This document shows, piece after piece, positions 63,842 through 64,000 of a stretch of 64,000 nucleotides of DNA (the stretch's first letter is position 1; each line of letters opens with the position of its first letter). Below the pieces are notes generated by a model. That model saw nothing but the letters and a program-made list of their open reading frames with translations. It was not told the DNA's origin and made no database searches. The stretch comes from Aplysia californica (taxonomy: Eukaryota): NCBI RefSeq assembly GCF_000002075.1, contig NW_004797316.1:742509-806508 (forward strand). The letters run 5' to 3'. A program made the position numbers and the translations under genes.

Positions 63842-64000
63842 AGCCTGTGTCTGCTGACTTTGGAGGAGACTCTGAAAAGGAGCGTACAAATATTAACTCA
63901 TGGGTATCTGAACAAACACAAAATAAGATCAATGATCTTCTGCCCCGTGGGGCTGTGGATGCTCTGACTCGGATGGTACTGGTCAATGCTATTTATTTCA
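63842..64000 (+). CDS. Serpin second coding exon (partial, runs off the window)
   Basis: ttttcag| acceptor in phase 1; translates EPVSADFGGDSEKERTNINSWVSEQTQNKINDLLPRGAVDALTRMVLVNAIYF, a hallmark serpin motif. Confidence 0.95.

Overview
Eukaryotic, AT-rich, TE-dense animal DNA with three N-gaps. A mollusc (probably a gastropod) is inferred from the Meta- and Nin/Deu-type SINEs and the abundant (TCTAGA)n repeat. Two host genes point away from each other. The first is a 7-coding-exon RSL1D1 gene (ribosomal L1 domain-containing protein) on the minus strand, CDS 37513->18259, 330 aa, with all splice phases consistent. The second is the first two coding exons of a signal-peptide-less serpin on the plus strand, from 62737 and running off the window end. 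Almost everything else is decayed or non-autonomous mobile DNA, often nested. It includes two I-group LINEs, RTE, Rex/Babar and RNase H LINE fragments, and a Gypsy LTR element. It also includes Tc1, mariner, hAT and P/THAP9 transposase relics, pogo/Tigger, Harbinger-, Merlin-, Kolobok- and P-like MITEs, and tRNA-derived SINEs. No prokaryotic-type system (CRISPR, operons) is present. The most unusual signals are four. CTAG/TCTAGA palindromes appear to be gained stepwise at homologous sites of repeat copies and form large tracts around a candidate promoter. An orphan signal-peptide-like exon could splice in frame onto RSL1D1. A LINE endonuclease is split by a CATGGG-ended element with a 6-bp TSD. 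Long inverted repeats bracket about 10 kb upstream of the RSL1D1 coding exons.
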